The notes beneath the pieces are model-generated. The model was not told the origin of the DNA and made no database searches. It worked only from the letters and a program-made list of their open reading frames with translations. 64,000 bases of DNA from Roseibium aggregatum (GTDB lineage: Bacteria > Pseudomonadota > Alphaproteobacteria > Rhizobiales > Stappiaceae): the NCBI RefSeq assembly GCF_014692675.1, contig NZ_JABFCZ010000013.1, positions 1 through 64,000 on the forward strand, read 5' to 3'. Positions 63,347-64,000 of this stretch are shown here, one piece after another. Both the position numbers and the translations under genes were made by a program. The stretch's first letter is position 1; every line of letters starts with the position of its first letter.

Positions 63347-63485
63347 GGGGGAACTCCTTTCCGAGGGTGAACATCATCAAAATAGTGCTGGAAGAGACGC
63401 GATGGGAGAATGCCCCCTGAATTTATTGCAATGGCACGTCCATCTCGTCTAAGTTGAATTAAAGTCAGTCACTTATGCGCAAACA

Positions 63486-64000
63486 TGGCCCAAGCAATTT
63501 TCTATCATAAGCCAGACAGCGAGTATGACGACGTCACAGGCAAACAGTATCATTTTCCCAAAACGTATTTGTCTCGTGTCGAGAAAACGCTTGGTGATTG
63601 GATCGTGTACTACGGTCCCCTTCCGCCGCTAAAAGGCCGTTACTACTCCGGAATAGCCAAGGTCGATGCCATTGAAAAAGACCCTTCGAAAGAGGGGCAC
63701 TATTATGCGTTCTTGAGCCAGTACTTGGATTTCGATCGTCCGCTCGATTACACCGAGAACGATGGATACGAGAAAAAGCTGGTCCGTCCCGATGGGACAG
63801 TGAACGGTGGGGTTAGTGTTCAAGCTGTCCGAATTCTTGACCGCGATGAGTATGTGGCAATCGTAAATGCCGGTCTTTCTAGCCCTGACGAATGGCCAGA
63901 TCGATATGATTTGCCGACGAACGGAAATCAAAACGAAAGCGATCGTTTCGAAGATGGTCCACAATCGCCATTAATCGACATACCAGGCGAACGAACGATC
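63486..64000 (+). CDS. Open reading frame not in the provided track (it runs off the window end), in a low-GC (~47%) patch; hypothetical protein, truncated
   Basis: ATG at 63486, then more than 171 sense codons with no stop (MAQAIFYHKPDSEYDDVTGKQYHFPKTYLSRVEKTLGDWIVYYGPLPPLKGRYYSGIAKVDAIEKD...). AT-rich codon usage differs from fumC. The listed minus-strand ORF 63629-63964 is its antisense shadow. Confidence 0.5.

Overview
High-GC (~62%) alphaproteobacterial chromosome segment with Hyphomicrobiales/Rhodobacterales-like gene content; the taxon is inferred from gene content only. A mostly core region runs from about 4.2 kb to 63.4 kb. It carries speH-speE, gatB/yqeY-dnaG-rpoD, carA...carB-greA, trxB, msrP, an EF-G paralog, aatA, betC and fumC. 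Interspersed are c-di-GMP and chemotaxis signalling genes and many small secreted or membrane proteins. The first ~4.2 kb is the right end of a lower-GC integrative island inserted at the 3' end of a tRNA-Met(CAT) gene. It holds a tyrosine integrase, two excisionase-like HTH genes, an XRE regulator with a small membrane protein, a GNAT/DUF1778 toxin-antitoxin pair and an IS3 transposase fragment. The most unusual signal is a ~160-nt non-coding element present twice (51669-51829 and 61381-61543) at the same distance upstream of two paralogous DUF1344-like small secreted proteins. It is conserved at nucleotide level but not at amino-acid level, which suggests a structured leader RNA or other cis-regulatory element. 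Other points of interest: a putative secreted non-specific nuclease operon with two small membrane proteins; an ArsR-ArsP-like organoarsenical module with a perfect operator palindrome; a tandem pair of degenerate tRNA-like sequences with a 15-bp direct repeat (a possible attachment-site scar); an 850-bp AT-rich intergenic island inside the carA-carB region; a frameshifted CMD gene; an msrP without msrQ; and a low-GC unlisted ORF that begins after fumC and runs off the window end. No rRNA or CRISPR array was found. Many long ORFs in the six-frame track are antisense shadows of real genes, as expected in high-GC DNA.
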